Position numbers and translations under genes: made by a program
DNA from: Micromonosporaceae bacterium
GTDB lineage: Bacteria > Actinomycetota > Actinomycetes > Mycobacteriales > Micromonosporaceae
Direction: 5' to 3'
Assembly (NCBI GenBank): GCA_039649115.1
Contig: JBBWZQ010000338.1
Coordinates: 100-64,099, forward strand
DNA length: 64,000 nt
Shown here: one piece after another, positions 39,336 through 48,308 of the stretch
Position numbering within the stretch: position 1 is the stretch's first letter
How the letters are laid out: each line of letters opens with the position of its first letter
The notes under the pieces: generated by a model
The model's database searches: none
Seen by the model: the letters and a program-made list of their open reading frames with translations, nothing else
What the model was told of the DNA's origin: nothing

Positions 39336-40661
39336 GTGAGTCAGCCCGCGTCCACCGTGGACATACCCGCCGCACCGGACCCCGGATCGCCGGCCTCGCT
39401 GCGCGCGGCGTCCTGGGACCGCATCCGCGAACTGTTCCCGCTGCGCCCCGACACGGTGCACATGAACTCCGGCACGGTCGGCGTGATGCCCTACCCGGTG
39501 CTCGACGAGTACACCACGGCGACCCGCGAGTGGACCGGCAGCCTCGCGAACATCTACCCGCCAAGCCTCTACCCGGACTACCGGGCCGCCATCGCCCGGG
39601 ATTTCGGCGTCGACCAGGACGAGATGGTCATCTGCCACAACGCGACCGAGGGCATGAGCCGGATCATCTCCGGGCTCGACCTCAGGGCCGGGGACGAGGC
39701 GTTGACCACGACGCACGAGTGCTTCTCGGTGCTGTCGAACCTGAACCTCGTCCACAACCGGCACGGCCTGAGCGTCCGGAAGCTGACCCTGCCCACCGGG
39801 TACGACGTGCGCGCCGAGGAGATCGTCGCGCTGTTCGAATCGGCGATCACCCCGCGTACCAGGGTGATGCTCTTCGCGGGCGTCACTCTCTTCGGCGGCG
39901 TCCGGATGCCGATGCGCGAGCTGTGCTCGCTGGCCCAACGGCACGGCATCGTCACCGTAGTCGACGGCGCGCTGCTGCCCGGGATGCTCGACTGCGACCT
40001 GCGCGCGGCCGGGGTCGACTTCCTCGTCGGTTCCGGTTCGAAGTGGCAGTGCGGCCCGCTGGGCACCGGCCTGCTGTATGTGCGCAACCGGGTGGTACCG
40101 CGGTACAACCCGCTGCCGCTGCCCACCTTCTGGCCGGTGATCTCCACCTGGTACCCGCTTGAGGGCGCGCCGCCACCGCGCTCCCACCCGGACACCGCGG
40201 CGACCAACAACATGGGCGACTACCTGCAGAGCGCGGGGAGCGCGAGCATCGCCCGGGCGGCGGCGCTCGCCAGGGCGTGCGAGGTCTGGGACGGGATCGG
40301 CCGGCAGCGCATCGAACGGTACGTCCTGGACCTCGGCCAGTACACCAAACAGCGCATCGCGGAGCGCTTCGGCCCGGCGGCGCTGTACTCGCCGGCCGCC
40401 GACGATCGCCTGAACTCGCCGGTCACCGCGTTCAACCCGTTCCGCGACCCGCGGGACGCGTACGACGGCTGGAAGTTCGAGGCCCTCGTCGACCGGCTGG
40501 AGCGGGAACACCAGATCTGGATCCGCTGGGTCGAGTTCGACGTGCCCGGCTCACCCCGCATGCACTACGCCGCGCGGCTGTGCACGCACCTGTTCAACAA
40601 CCGTGACCAGATCGACCGGGCCCTGGCCGTCATCGCCCGGCTGGCCGACGAGCTGTCCTGA
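39336..40661 (+). CDS. Aminotransferase class-V fold PLP-dependent enzyme (isopenicillin-N-epimerase / cysteine-desulfurase-like)
   Basis: 441-aa ORF starting at GTG with a GGGAGGGAG SD. Contains HMNSGTVG and the PLP-lysine block FLVGSGSKWQCGPLGTGLLYV. Confidence 0.8.
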   Translation: MSQPASTVDIPAAPDPGSPASLRAASWDRIRELFPLRPDTVHMNSGTVGVMPYPVLDEYTTATREWTGSLANIYPPSLYPDYRAAIARDFGVDQDEMVICHNATEGMSRIISGLDLRAGDEALTTTHECFSVLSNLNLVHNRHGLSVRKLTLPTGYDVRAEEIVALFESAITPRTRVMLFAGVTLFGGVRMPMRELCSLAQRHGIVTVVDGALLPGMLDCDLRAAGVDFLVGSGSKWQCGPLGTGLLYVRNRVVPRYNPLPLPTFWPVISTWYPLEGAPPPRSHPDTAATNNMGDYLQSAGSASIARAAALARACEVWDGIGRQRIERYVLDLGQYTKQRIAERFGPAALYSPAADDRLNSPVTAFNPFRDPRDAYDGWKFEALVDRLEREHQIWIRWVEFDVPGSPRMHYAARLCTHLFNNRDQIDRALAVIARLADELS

Positions 40662-40675
40662 CAGGAGGGTCCACA

Positions 40676-42385
40676 ATGGAGGCTGCGCACCGCCACGGAG
40701 GCACGCTGCGGCTCTACGGCCCCGGCAGCATGGACCACCTGGACCCGGCGTGCGCCTACTACGCGCTCGGCGGCCAGGTCATCCGGCTGTTCGCCCGGCA
40801 ACTGTTCACCTACCGGGCGGTGCGGGACCTGCGCGACCGGGCGGCCATCACCCCGGTGCCCGACGTCGCCGCCGAGATCCCGACGGTGGACAACGGCGGG
40901 GTGAGTGCGGACCACGCCACCTACACGATCCGGCTGCGGCCCGGCGTGCGGTGGGACACCGGGCCTGCCCGCGAGGTGACCGCGCACGACTTCGTCCGCG
41001 GGTTCAAGCGGATGTGCAATCCGGTGACCCGAGCCGGTGCCATCACCTACTTCACCAGCACCATCCGCGGCATGGCCGGATACTGCGACGGCTACGCCCG
41101 GGCGGTACCGGGCCGCCACCCGTCGGCCGGCCAGCTCGCCGCATACCAGAACTCGCACGAGATACCGGGTGTCCGCGCCGCCGACGACCGGACCCTGGTC
41201 TTCCAGCTCATCAGGCCGGCCAACGACTTCCTCAACATCCTCGCGCTGAGCTTCGCCTCCGCGGCACCGGCGGAGTACGACGCGTTCGTGCCCGACAGCG
41301 ACGAGTTCCGCCGCGGCGTACGGTCCGACGGCCCGTACCGGATCAGCCTGTACCTGCACGGCAGGCAGATCCGGCTGGCACCCAACCCGGCATGGCGGCC
41401 GGACGCGGACCCGGTGCGCCACCAGTACCTCGACGGGGTCGAGGTGACGATGGAGCACGCGACACCGGAACAGGTGGGCCGGAAGATCGCGGCCGGTGAG
41501 GCGGACCTGTCCTGGGCCTCCCCCATCACCGAGCCGTACGAGGTCAGCCCGACCGACCCCGGAAACGACCTGGGCTACGCGCTGAACCCGTACCTCGTCT
41601 TCAACCTCCAGAGCCCGAACGCCGGCGGCGCGTTGGGGAAGCTCAAGGTACGCCAGGCGATCGCCTATGCGATCGACAAGATGGCCATCGCCGAGATATA
41701 CGACAAGCTGGAAGCGGGCACGGTGATGCGGCCGGCGCACAACGCCATCCCGCCCTGCAACGACGGTCACCGGGACTTCAACCTCTACCCCACCCCCGGC
41801 GACCGCGGCGACCCGGACACGGCCCGGCGGTTGCTCGCCGAGGCGGGGTACCCCGACGGCCTGACGCTGGTCGCCGCGCACCGCGACGTGGACGCGAACC
41901 CGGAGGTGGCCCGCTCGTACGCGGCCGATCTGGCCAGGTGCGGCATCACCGTCCGGTTCCGGGCGTTCGGGCACGCCGGGTACTACCCGTTCCTGCAGGA
42001 CCCCGCGAATGCCCGCGCCGGCCGGTGGGACATCTCGGCGCCGTCCTGGACGCCCGACTGGTACGGCAACAACGGCCGCGCCTACCTGCAGCCGATGTTC
42101 CAGACCAACGGCGCACGGGGCACCAGCAACTACGGCTGCTACAGCAATCCCGACGTCGACCGGCTCATCGAGGAGGCGCTCGCCACGACGGACCGCGCCC
42201 GGGCAACGGCGCTGTGGCACGAGGTCGACCTGCTGGTGATGCGGGATGCCGCGATCGTCCCGATCCTCGTCCACGCACCGACCATCCCGCACCTGCGCGG
42301 AGCCCGGGTCCGCAACGCGATCGCCATGCCCACTGTGGACCGCTGGTTCGATCTGTCCAACCTGTGGCTGGACTCCACCACCTGA
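40676..42385 (+). CDS. Family-5 solute-binding protein (peptide/nickel SBP_bac_5 fold) WITHOUT signal peptide or lipobox
   Basis: 569-aa ORF with an AGGAGGG SD. It begins MEAAHRHGGTLRLYGPGSMDHLDPA, which is the start of the mature SBP5 fold. No in-frame upstream ATG, GTG or TTG is available according to the track. Confidence 0.8.
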   Translation: MEAAHRHGGTLRLYGPGSMDHLDPACAYYALGGQVIRLFARQLFTYRAVRDLRDRAAITPVPDVAAEIPTVDNGGVSADHATYTIRLRPGVRWDTGPAREVTAHDFVRGFKRMCNPVTRAGAITYFTSTIRGMAGYCDGYARAVPGRHPSAGQLAAYQNSHEIPGVRAADDRTLVFQLIRPANDFLNILALSFASAAPAEYDAFVPDSDEFRRGVRSDGPYRISLYLHGRQIRLAPNPAWRPDADPVRHQYLDGVEVTMEHATPEQVGRKIAAGEADLSWASPITEPYEVSPTDPGNDLGYALNPYLVFNLQSPNAGGALGKLKVRQAIAYAIDKMAIAEIYDKLEAGTVMRPAHNAIPPCNDGHRDFNLYPTPGDRGDPDTARRLLAEAGYPDGLTLVAAHRDVDANPEVARSYAADLARCGITVRFRAFGHAGYYPFLQDPANARAGRWDISAPSWTPDWYGNNGRAYLQPMFQTNGARGTSNYGCYSNPDVDRLIEEALATTDRARATALWHEVDLLVMRDAAIVPILVHAPTIPHLRGARVRNAIAMPTVDRWFDLSNLWLDSTT

Positions 42386-42404
42386 GCACCAGGGGGAGCA
42401 CCCG

Positions 42405-44120
42405 ATGGCACCCGAAGCGCCGGCACGGGGCGGCGTCCTGACGATGGTCGGCGGCGGGGACGTCGACCACCTCGACCCCGCGCTCGCATACCACACCGTC
42501 ACCCGTGGCGTGATCCGCGCGTACACCCGGCAACTGGTCACGTACCCGTCCAGCCGGGACCGGAGCGCCACCGCCGTCATCGTCCCGGACCTGGCCACCG
42601 AGGCCGCCGGCCCGGTCGACGGCGCGGGCCGGCGGTACCGGTTCACCCTGAAGGAGGGTGTCCGGTGGGACGCGCCGTCGGGAAGCCGGCCGGTCACCGC
42701 GGCCGACGTGGTACGGGGCATCAAGCGCCTCGCCCACCCCATGGCGCCCAGTCCCGGGCTGCCGTACTACCTGAGCACCATCGAGGGCTTCGCGGAGTTC
42801 CGGGACGGGCTCGTGGGCGTGGACCGCAGCCCGGCGGCGATCGCCGGGTACATCGAGGACACCGAGGTGCCGGGAGTCCGCGCCGAGGACGGGCGCACGG
42901 TCGTGTTCACCACCTGCCACGCCATGCCCGACTTCCTCAACATCCTGGCCCTGCCGTTCGCCACCCCCGCGCCGGTGGAGTACCTGCGGTACGTCCCGGG
43001 CAGCGCGCGGATGGCACAGGCGATCATCTCCAACGGCCCGTACCGGCTGGCCCGCTACACCCCCGGTGGTGAGATCGCGCTGGAGCGCAACCCGGCCTGG
43101 GGGCCAGCGACCGACGGCGTACGCCGGTCCTATGTGGACGGTATTCTGGTGCGGGAGGGCATCGCCGAGGACAAGTGCTACCAGATGGTGATGTCGGGCG
43201 AGGCCGACATGCTCTGGGACATCCAGCCGCCGACCGGTCGGCTGGCCGGGCTGTTCGCCACCGGCGACCCCCGGCTGGAGGTCTGCCCGGCGGGCCTGCT
43301 GAGCCCGTACCTCGTCATCAACTTCCTGAGCCCCAACAACGACGGCGCCCTGCTGCGCCTCGGCGTGCGGGAGGCCCTCCAGTACGCGGTGGACAAGGCG
43401 GCCGTCGCACAGGTGTGGGGTGGACCCAGGCTCAACGACATCGCCGAGCAGATCCTGCCGCCGCTGTGCACCGCGCACCGCGAGGCGCGGCCGTACGCCA
43501 CCGCGGGCGGCGCGGGCGACCCAGCCCAGGCGCGGCGGTTGCTCGCCGAGGCGGGGTATCCCGACGGGCTCACGCTGAAGCTGGTCTTCCGTGACCGGGA
43601 CATCCACCCGGAGACCGCGCGGGCGGTGCGGGACGGCCTCGCCCGGGCCGGCATCCACGCCGAGCTGATCGCGGTGTCCATCGGCGACCTGTTCGCGCGC
43701 TACCTCGGCTCGGCCGCGGCGGCCCGGGCCGGGCGGTGGGACATCGCGCTGTCCGGCTGGGAGCCGGACTGGCACGGCAACAACGGCCGCGTCTACCTCC
43801 AGGCCCTGTTCGACAGCTCAGGCGTATCGGCGAACGACGACTGGGGCACCAACTTCGGCCACTACCGCGGCAGCCGGGCGAACGAGCTCATCAACGCGGC
43901 GCTGACCTGCGCGGACCACGCGCGCGCCGACGAGTTCTTCCGGCAGGCCGAGGCAGAGGTGATGCGGGACTGTGCGATCGTGCCCATCCTGTTCGCGCAC
44001 CAGTACTGGCTCCACTCCCGGCAGGTACGCGACTGGCTGCCCTACCCGGTGCTCAACGGGGACCTCACCAACCTCTGGCTCGACCGCGCATCCGGCAAGC
44101 GGGAAGGGGATCGGCGATGA
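42405..44120 (+). CDS. Second leaderless family-5 solute-binding protein (paralogue)
   Basis: ATG at 42405 with a GGGGGAG SD. It begins MAPEAPARGGVLTMVGGGDVDHLDPALAYH and is collinear with the upstream paralogue (shared blocks LAEAGYPDGLTL, GRWDI..S.W.PDW.GNNGR.YLQ). Confidence 0.8.
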   Translation: MAPEAPARGGVLTMVGGGDVDHLDPALAYHTVTRGVIRAYTRQLVTYPSSRDRSATAVIVPDLATEAAGPVDGAGRRYRFTLKEGVRWDAPSGSRPVTAADVVRGIKRLAHPMAPSPGLPYYLSTIEGFAEFRDGLVGVDRSPAAIAGYIEDTEVPGVRAEDGRTVVFTTCHAMPDFLNILALPFATPAPVEYLRYVPGSARMAQAIISNGPYRLARYTPGGEIALERNPAWGPATDGVRRSYVDGILVREGIAEDKCYQMVMSGEADMLWDIQPPTGRLAGLFATGDPRLEVCPAGLLSPYLVINFLSPNNDGALLRLGVREALQYAVDKAAVAQVWGGPRLNDIAEQILPPLCTAHREARPYATAGGAGDPAQARRLLAEAGYPDGLTLKLVFRDRDIHPETARAVRDGLARAGIHAELIAVSIGDLFARYLGSAAAARAGRWDIALSGWEPDWHGNNGRVYLQALFDSSGVSANDDWGTNFGHYRGSRANELINAALTCADHARADEFFRQAEAEVMRDCAIVPILFAHQYWLHSRQVRDWLPYPVLNGDLTNLWLDRASGKREGDRR

Positions 44121-44779
44121 CGGCTCGGCAGGCGGACACCGCGCTGGTGGTGCGGTCCCTTCCGGGACCAGCGACGTACATGTGCGGCCTCACCTGGGAC
44201 GGCCACCAGCTCTGGCACTCCGACCAGGAGGCGCTGCGAATCTACGCGATCGACCGGGAGACCGGCGCCGTGCGGCGGGTCATCGACTGCCCGTGGGTGC
44301 GCGCCGACCTGGCGAACCACGACGGGCTGCTGTGCCAGGTGGGCGGCCGGCCCAAGCGCATCGTGCTGGTGGACCCGGCGACCGGGCGGACCGCCGGCCA
44401 GAAACGGGTGCTGCCGGCCAGCGGCCGGCTGTGCGGCATCGAGACGGGGCCGGACGGGATGTGGATGTGCCTGCGCGCGCCGGCGGTCGTGCAGTTGCGC
44501 GACATGGAGTCGATGACGGTGCGGCGGGAGTATCCGGTGCCGGGCTCGCCCTCGGGCCTGACATACGTCGACGGGGTCGTGGTGTATTCCGAGTTCGACG
44601 GCGGCGTGGTGCGGGCCGTGGACGCCGGGACCGGCGAACCGCTCGGCACGGTACCGGTCGAGGGCCACCCGACCGGCATGACGTGGGACGGCGAGCACCT
44701 GTGGTACTGCGACTTCGCCACCCGCACGGTCAAGGCGATCCGGCTGGAGGACGTGCTGAACGGGAGGGGCCGTGACTGA
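44117..44779 (+). CDS. Beta-propeller protein, glutaminyl-cyclase-like (Glu_cyclase_2-type), cytoplasmic
   Basis: The ATG overlaps the upstream stop (ATGA). Repeated blocks GLTWDGHQLWHSD and GMTWDGEHLWYCD resemble bacterial/plant-type glutamine cyclotransferase propellers. The assignment is tentative. Confidence 0.55.
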   Translation: MTARQADTALVVRSLPGPATYMCGLTWDGHQLWHSDQEALRIYAIDRETGAVRRVIDCPWVRADLANHDGLLCQVGGRPKRIVLVDPATGRTAGQKRVLPASGRLCGIETGPDGMWMCLRAPAVVQLRDMESMTVRREYPVPGSPSGLTYVDGVVVYSEFDGGVVRAVDAGTGEPLGTVPVEGHPTGMTWDGEHLWYCDFATRTVKAIRLEDVLNGRGRD

Positions 44780-44990
44780 GCCGAGGTACCTGGACGCGAT
44801 CGAGTTCACCATGGCGGGGCAGCCGGGAAGGGTGCACGCGGCCGCGTCGTACGACGGTCAACTGTGGCTCACCACGGTCTGCGGCCTCGCCATCCAGGCG
44901 TACGTGTCGACCGGTACCCCGTGGCGCGACGTGGCGCCGGACCAGCGGTGCGCGAGGTGCGTGGCGGCGCTGGCGGTACCGGCGCGGTAG
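44772..44990 (+). CDS. Small 72-aa hypothetical protein, last gene of the operon
   Basis: The GTG start overlaps the upstream stop (GTGA), and a GGGAGGGG SD lies 5 nt upstream. Third-position GC is high. Cys pattern is C37 ... C60xxC63. No family recognised. Confidence 0.45.
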   Translation: MTEPRYLDAIEFTMAGQPGRVHAAASYDGQLWLTTVCGLAIQAYVSTGTPWRDVAPDQRCARCVAALAVPAR

Positions 44991-45004
44991 CGGCGCGCCG
45001 CTCC

Positions 45005-45925
45005 TCACGCCGGGTGTGTCCGCGTCGCCAGGGCGTCCCGCATCGCGGCCAGATGCGCGGGCGACGTACCGCAGCAGCCGCCCAGGATCGTGGCACCCCA
45101 CTCATCGCGGTACCGCGCGGTGAGCGCGCCGAACTGCGCGGGCGCCAGCGCGGCGGGCAGTGGACGGTCCACGTGTGTCCACAGTGGGATTCCAGAGCGG
45201 TCCTCCAGATTGGGGTACGCGCCGATCGGGCCGGTATCCGCGTCGCGCAGCCGGGCCAGACCCGCTTCGGTCGGCACGGGCGCCGTACAGTTGACCAGCA
45301 CCGCCTGCGCACCGTCGGCCCGCAGCGCGACCGCCACCCGGGCCAGGTCCTCCCCGGACAGCAGCCGGCCGCCGGACCGGCAGACGAGGCTGACCCAGGC
45401 CCGCCCACCCGCGGCCAGCACCTGCTCCAGGGCGATCCGCGCCTCGCGCGCGCAGTTCATCGTCTCGACCAGGACGACGTCGACCCCGCAGCGCACCAGT
45501 TGCCTCGCCAGCCAGCGGTGTTCGGCGCGCAGCTGCGGATCGGGCGGCACCAGGTCCGGCCGGTAGCAGTCTTCGACGGGCGCCATGGAGCCCGCGACGA
45601 GCGGGTCCGCGCCGCCGGCCGGCCGGCGGGCGCCGCGCGCGGCGTCGACGGCCAGCTCCACCATGCGCACCTGCCCGGCCGGGCCGAGGCCGGCCGCGCG
45701 CAGGGCGCGCAGGTTGCAGCGGAACGTGTTCGCCGTGACCACCTGGGCGCCGGCCGCGAGGTGCCGTTCGTGCACGCGGCGCAGCAGGCGGCGACGCCGC
45801 CGGGTCAGCAGCGCACCGCTGGTCCACCACGGCGCGGCGATCGGTACGCCCGACTCGCGCAGCCCGGTCGCCACTCCCCCGTCGAGGCGCAACGGCCCGC
45901 CGTCGGTCGCACCGGGACCGGCCAT
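45005..45925 (-). CDS. Homocysteine S-methyltransferase family protein
   Basis: Contains LDGGVATGL...AGAQVVTANTF and the C-terminal zinc-binding motif GGCCGTSPAHL. I prefer the ATG at 45925 over the TTG at 45961. Confidence 0.8.
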   Translation of the reverse strand: MAGPGATDGGPLRLDGGVATGLRESGVPIAAPWWTSGALLTRRRRRLLRRVHERHLAAGAQVVTANTFRCNLRALRAAGLGPAGQVRMVELAVDAARGARRPAGGADPLVAGSMAPVEDCYRPDLVPPDPQLRAEHRWLARQLVRCGVDVVLVETMNCAREARIALEQVLAAGGRAWVSLVCRSGGRLLSGEDLARVAVALRADGAQAVLVNCTAPVPTEAGLARLRDADTGPIGAYPNLEDRSGIPLWTHVDRPLPAALAPAQFGALTARYRDEWGATILGGCCGTSPAHLAAMRDALATRTHPA

Positions 45926-45941
45926 GAGTCGGAGCCTACGG

Positions 45942-46038
45942 CGAAACCATTGGTATCTCAAGTTGAATGAATACAGCCATTGTGATGGTTTCGAAGAAAC
46001 TGCCGGCTCGCCGGTGCCGTTATCGTGGCCAAAACCAT
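45942..46038. promoter_or_regulatory. Three copies of AAACCAT (two forming a 9-bp inverted repeat CGAAACCAT ... ATGGTTTCG) in an AT-rich divergent intergenic region
   Basis: Copies lie at 45942-45950, 45985-45993 (inverted) and 46031-46038. The region sits between the methyltransferase start and the membrane-protein / copC genes. Confidence 0.3.
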
Positions 46039-46066
46039 GTTATTCCAAGTGTTTCCGGGGGTACCT

Positions 46067-46672
46067 GTGGCTACCGCAACCTACCCGGCTACCGCGTCCG
46101 GCGGCCTGGTAAAGGCACTGAACGGCAAGCACCACTACGCGTCGCTAATGGTTTTCATGGTTGTCGTACTGGCGCACTGGGCCGAACACATCGCCCAGGC
46201 AATCCAGATCTGGGCGCTCGGCTGGCCGGCACCGGCCGCTCGCGGCCTGCTGGGCATGCCGTTCCCGTGGCTGATAAAACAGGAGTGGCTGCACTACGGG
46301 TACGCACTGCTCATGCTCATCGGGCTGGCCTTGCTGCGCCCCGGCTTCGTGGGCCGGTCCCGTACCTGGTGGACGGTCGCCCTGGGCATCCAGATCTGGC
46401 ACCACTTCGAGCACCTGCTGTTGCTGGTACAGGCCCTGACCGGCCGGTACCTGCTGGGCCGGGCGGTTCCGACGAGCATCCTGCAGATCTTCTTCCCGCG
46501 GGTCCAGTTGCACCTGTTCTACAACGCCCTGGTGTTCCTGCCGATGGCCGTCGCCATGTACTACCACCTCCGGCCGGCGCGCGCCGAGGCAAGCCAGATG
46601 TCGTGCAGTTGCCTGGCTCCCGCGCTGCGCGCGCTCCGGGCGCGGCAGGGCGAGCTTCCCGGACCGGCGTGA
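46067..46672 (+). CDS. His-rich polytopic membrane protein (hypothetical, possibly metal-handling)
   Basis: TM segments carry HWAEH and HHFEH motifs. I prefer the GTG at 46067 (GGGGG SD) because the 46025-46066 extension uses AT-ending codons (AAA, TTA, CAA, GTA). It is followed 1 nt later by copC. Confidence 0.55.
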   Translation: MATATYPATASGGLVKALNGKHHYASLMVFMVVVLAHWAEHIAQAIQIWALGWPAPAARGLLGMPFPWLIKQEWLHYGYALLMLIGLALLRPGFVGRSRTWWTVALGIQIWHHFEHLLLLVQALTGRYLLGRAVPTSILQIFFPRVQLHLFYNALVFLPMAVAMYYHLRPARAEASQMSCSCLAPALRALRARQGELPGPA

Positions 46673-46673
46673 G

Positions 46674-47333
46674 GTGGACCGGAGGCGGATCCGGGCACGC
46701 AGCGTCGGCGCCATCGCGGTCGTGCTCCTGGCGGTGAGCGTGGGCGCGCTCGTGGTCGCGACCGCCGTCAGCCCGGTACGCCTGCGGTCCGCGTCGCCCG
46801 CGAACGGGACGAGCCTGACCACGGCACCCGACCAGATCGCGCTGCGCTTCACCGCGCGCCCCGATCCCGCGCAGGTGCACATCGCGGTCGTGGACGGCGC
46901 GCGGCAGTGGATGACCGCGGGAAGGCCGGCGGTCACCGGGAACGACGTGGTGCAGCGGGTGGCCATCCATGGGAGCGGCGGATACCTGATCGGGTACCAC
47001 GTGGTGTTCGGCAACGGCCGGCAGTCCTCCGGATTCATCAGGTTCACCGTGCTGTCCGGTACGCCGGCCGCCCGGCCCGCCGCCACCGGGTACCCGTCGC
47101 CACCGCCGGCCGGCGCGCTCGGCCTGCCCGACGGAGCCGACCCCGGGGCCGCCCACAACCACACCGGCCTCGACACGGTCACCCTCGCGGTGGTCTGTCT
47201 CGACGCCGCCGCGGTCATCGTGGGGTTCGGGCTGGTCCGGCACCGGCGCCGCCGGCCGGTGGCCATCTCGAACGGCGCTATCCCGGCGCTGGACGAGGAG
47301 CAAGAAAATGTCGAGAGCGGATTGCCAGACTGA
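46674..47333 (+). CDS. copC: CopC-domain copper-binding protein with N-terminal signal/anchor and C-terminal TM segment
   Basis: SPANGTSLTTAPDQIALRFTARPDPAQVHIAVVDG...YLIGYHVVFGNGRQSSGFIRFTV is a typical CopC fold sequence. A Pro-rich linker and a C-terminal hydrophobic helix follow. Confidence 0.75.
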   Translation: MDRRRIRARSVGAIAVVLLAVSVGALVVATAVSPVRLRSASPANGTSLTTAPDQIALRFTARPDPAQVHIAVVDGARQWMTAGRPAVTGNDVVQRVAIHGSGGYLIGYHVVFGNGRQSSGFIRFTVLSGTPAARPAATGYPSPPPAGALGLPDGADPGAAHNHTGLDTVTLAVVCLDAAAVIVGFGLVRHRRRRPVAISNGAIPALDEEQENVESGLPD

Positions 47334-47369
47334 GGCGCGGCAAACCGTGCCGGATCCCGGGAGCAGACG

Positions 47370-48308
47370 ATGGCCGAGGCTGCCACATCACGTCGTCACG
47401 ACGTACGCACCGAGCGGACCGCCGCGGTCACCCGGGCGATCGAGGCCATGCGGGCCGGCCTGGTACGCAGCCTGCCCGTAGCCGACATGGCCCGCACCGG
47501 GCTGTTCAGCCCGTCGCACTTCCACCGGGTGTTCCGCGAGATCACCACGGTCACCCCGGCACGCTTCCTGGCCGCGCTGCGCATGGCCGAGGCGCGGGCG
47601 TTCCTGCTGCACTCCGAGCTGACCGTGGCCGAGGTCGGGGTGTGCGTCGGATACCAGAGCCTGACCACCTTCAGCACCCAGTTCGCCCGCCTGGTCGGCG
47701 TCGCACCGGGGCATTTCCGGCAGCTTGCCCGGGCGGTGGGCGATGCGACGGCGGGAGCGCTGTGGTCGGTGTCGCGGGCGGGCGGATCCGGGCCGCCGCG
47801 CCGGGCCGGGCCGCTGCTCGCCCTGTCCGGACTGGAGGCGGAGGGGGCCGTCGTGATCGCCGCCGTGCGCCCGGCCGGCAGCGTGTACGCGCGCCCGGAC
47901 TCGTGGGTACTGGCGGCCGGCGGGCCGCCGGTGCCGCTCGGGCCGGTACCCGGCAGCGCTCCGTGCGGCGTGTCCGCCGTCGTCGCCCGGCCGGCGACGC
48001 GGCTGACGGACGTGCTCGTCGACCAGGTGCCGGGCAGCTACCTGACGGGAGCCGCGCGGCTGCCCGAGGGCGACGGGCACCGGCCGGCCCGCGCGCCGGT
48101 ACCGGTCGCGTTGCACCCGCCCGGGCCGACGGACCTGCCGATCCTGACCGCCGCGCCGTTGGAGTGGCTGGCCCATCTGCTCCTGGCGCAGGATGCCGGC
48201 TGGCCGACCGCGAACCGGGGCCCACCCTGCCCGCGCCGCTCACCGCCGGGCCCGCTCGTTGCCGACCGGCCCGCTCAGGCGGGTGTGGCGCTGTCGGACC
48301 GCGACTGA
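47370..48308 (+). CDS. AraC-family transcriptional regulator (HTH at N-terminus)
   Basis: SPSHFHRVFREITTVTPARFLAALRMAEARAFLL...VAEVGVCVGYQSLTTFSTQFARLVGVAPGHFR matches the AraC HTH pair. The C-terminal 190 aa are Ala/Pro/Gly-rich and unassigned. Confidence 0.75.
   Translation: MAEAATSRRHDVRTERTAAVTRAIEAMRAGLVRSLPVADMARTGLFSPSHFHRVFREITTVTPARFLAALRMAEARAFLLHSELTVAEVGVCVGYQSLTTFSTQFARLVGVAPGHFRQLARAVGDATAGALWSVSRAGGSGPPRRAGPLLALSGLEAEGAVVIAAVRPAGSVYARPDSWVLAAGGPPVPLGPVPGSAPCGVSAVVARPATRLTDVLVDQVPGSYLTGAARLPEGDGHRPARAPVPVALHPPGPTDLPILTAAPLEWLAHLLLAQDAGWPTANRGPPCPRRSPPGPLVADRPAQAGVALSDRD

Noticed and set aside
46025-46066. Upstream GTG start for the His-rich membrane protein. It would include an in-frame TTA codon.
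   Set aside because: The 14 extra codons use AT-ending codons atypical for this genome (AAA, TTA, CAA, GTA, CCT). The GTG at 46067 has a GGGGG SD. The TTA is therefore probably non-coding.
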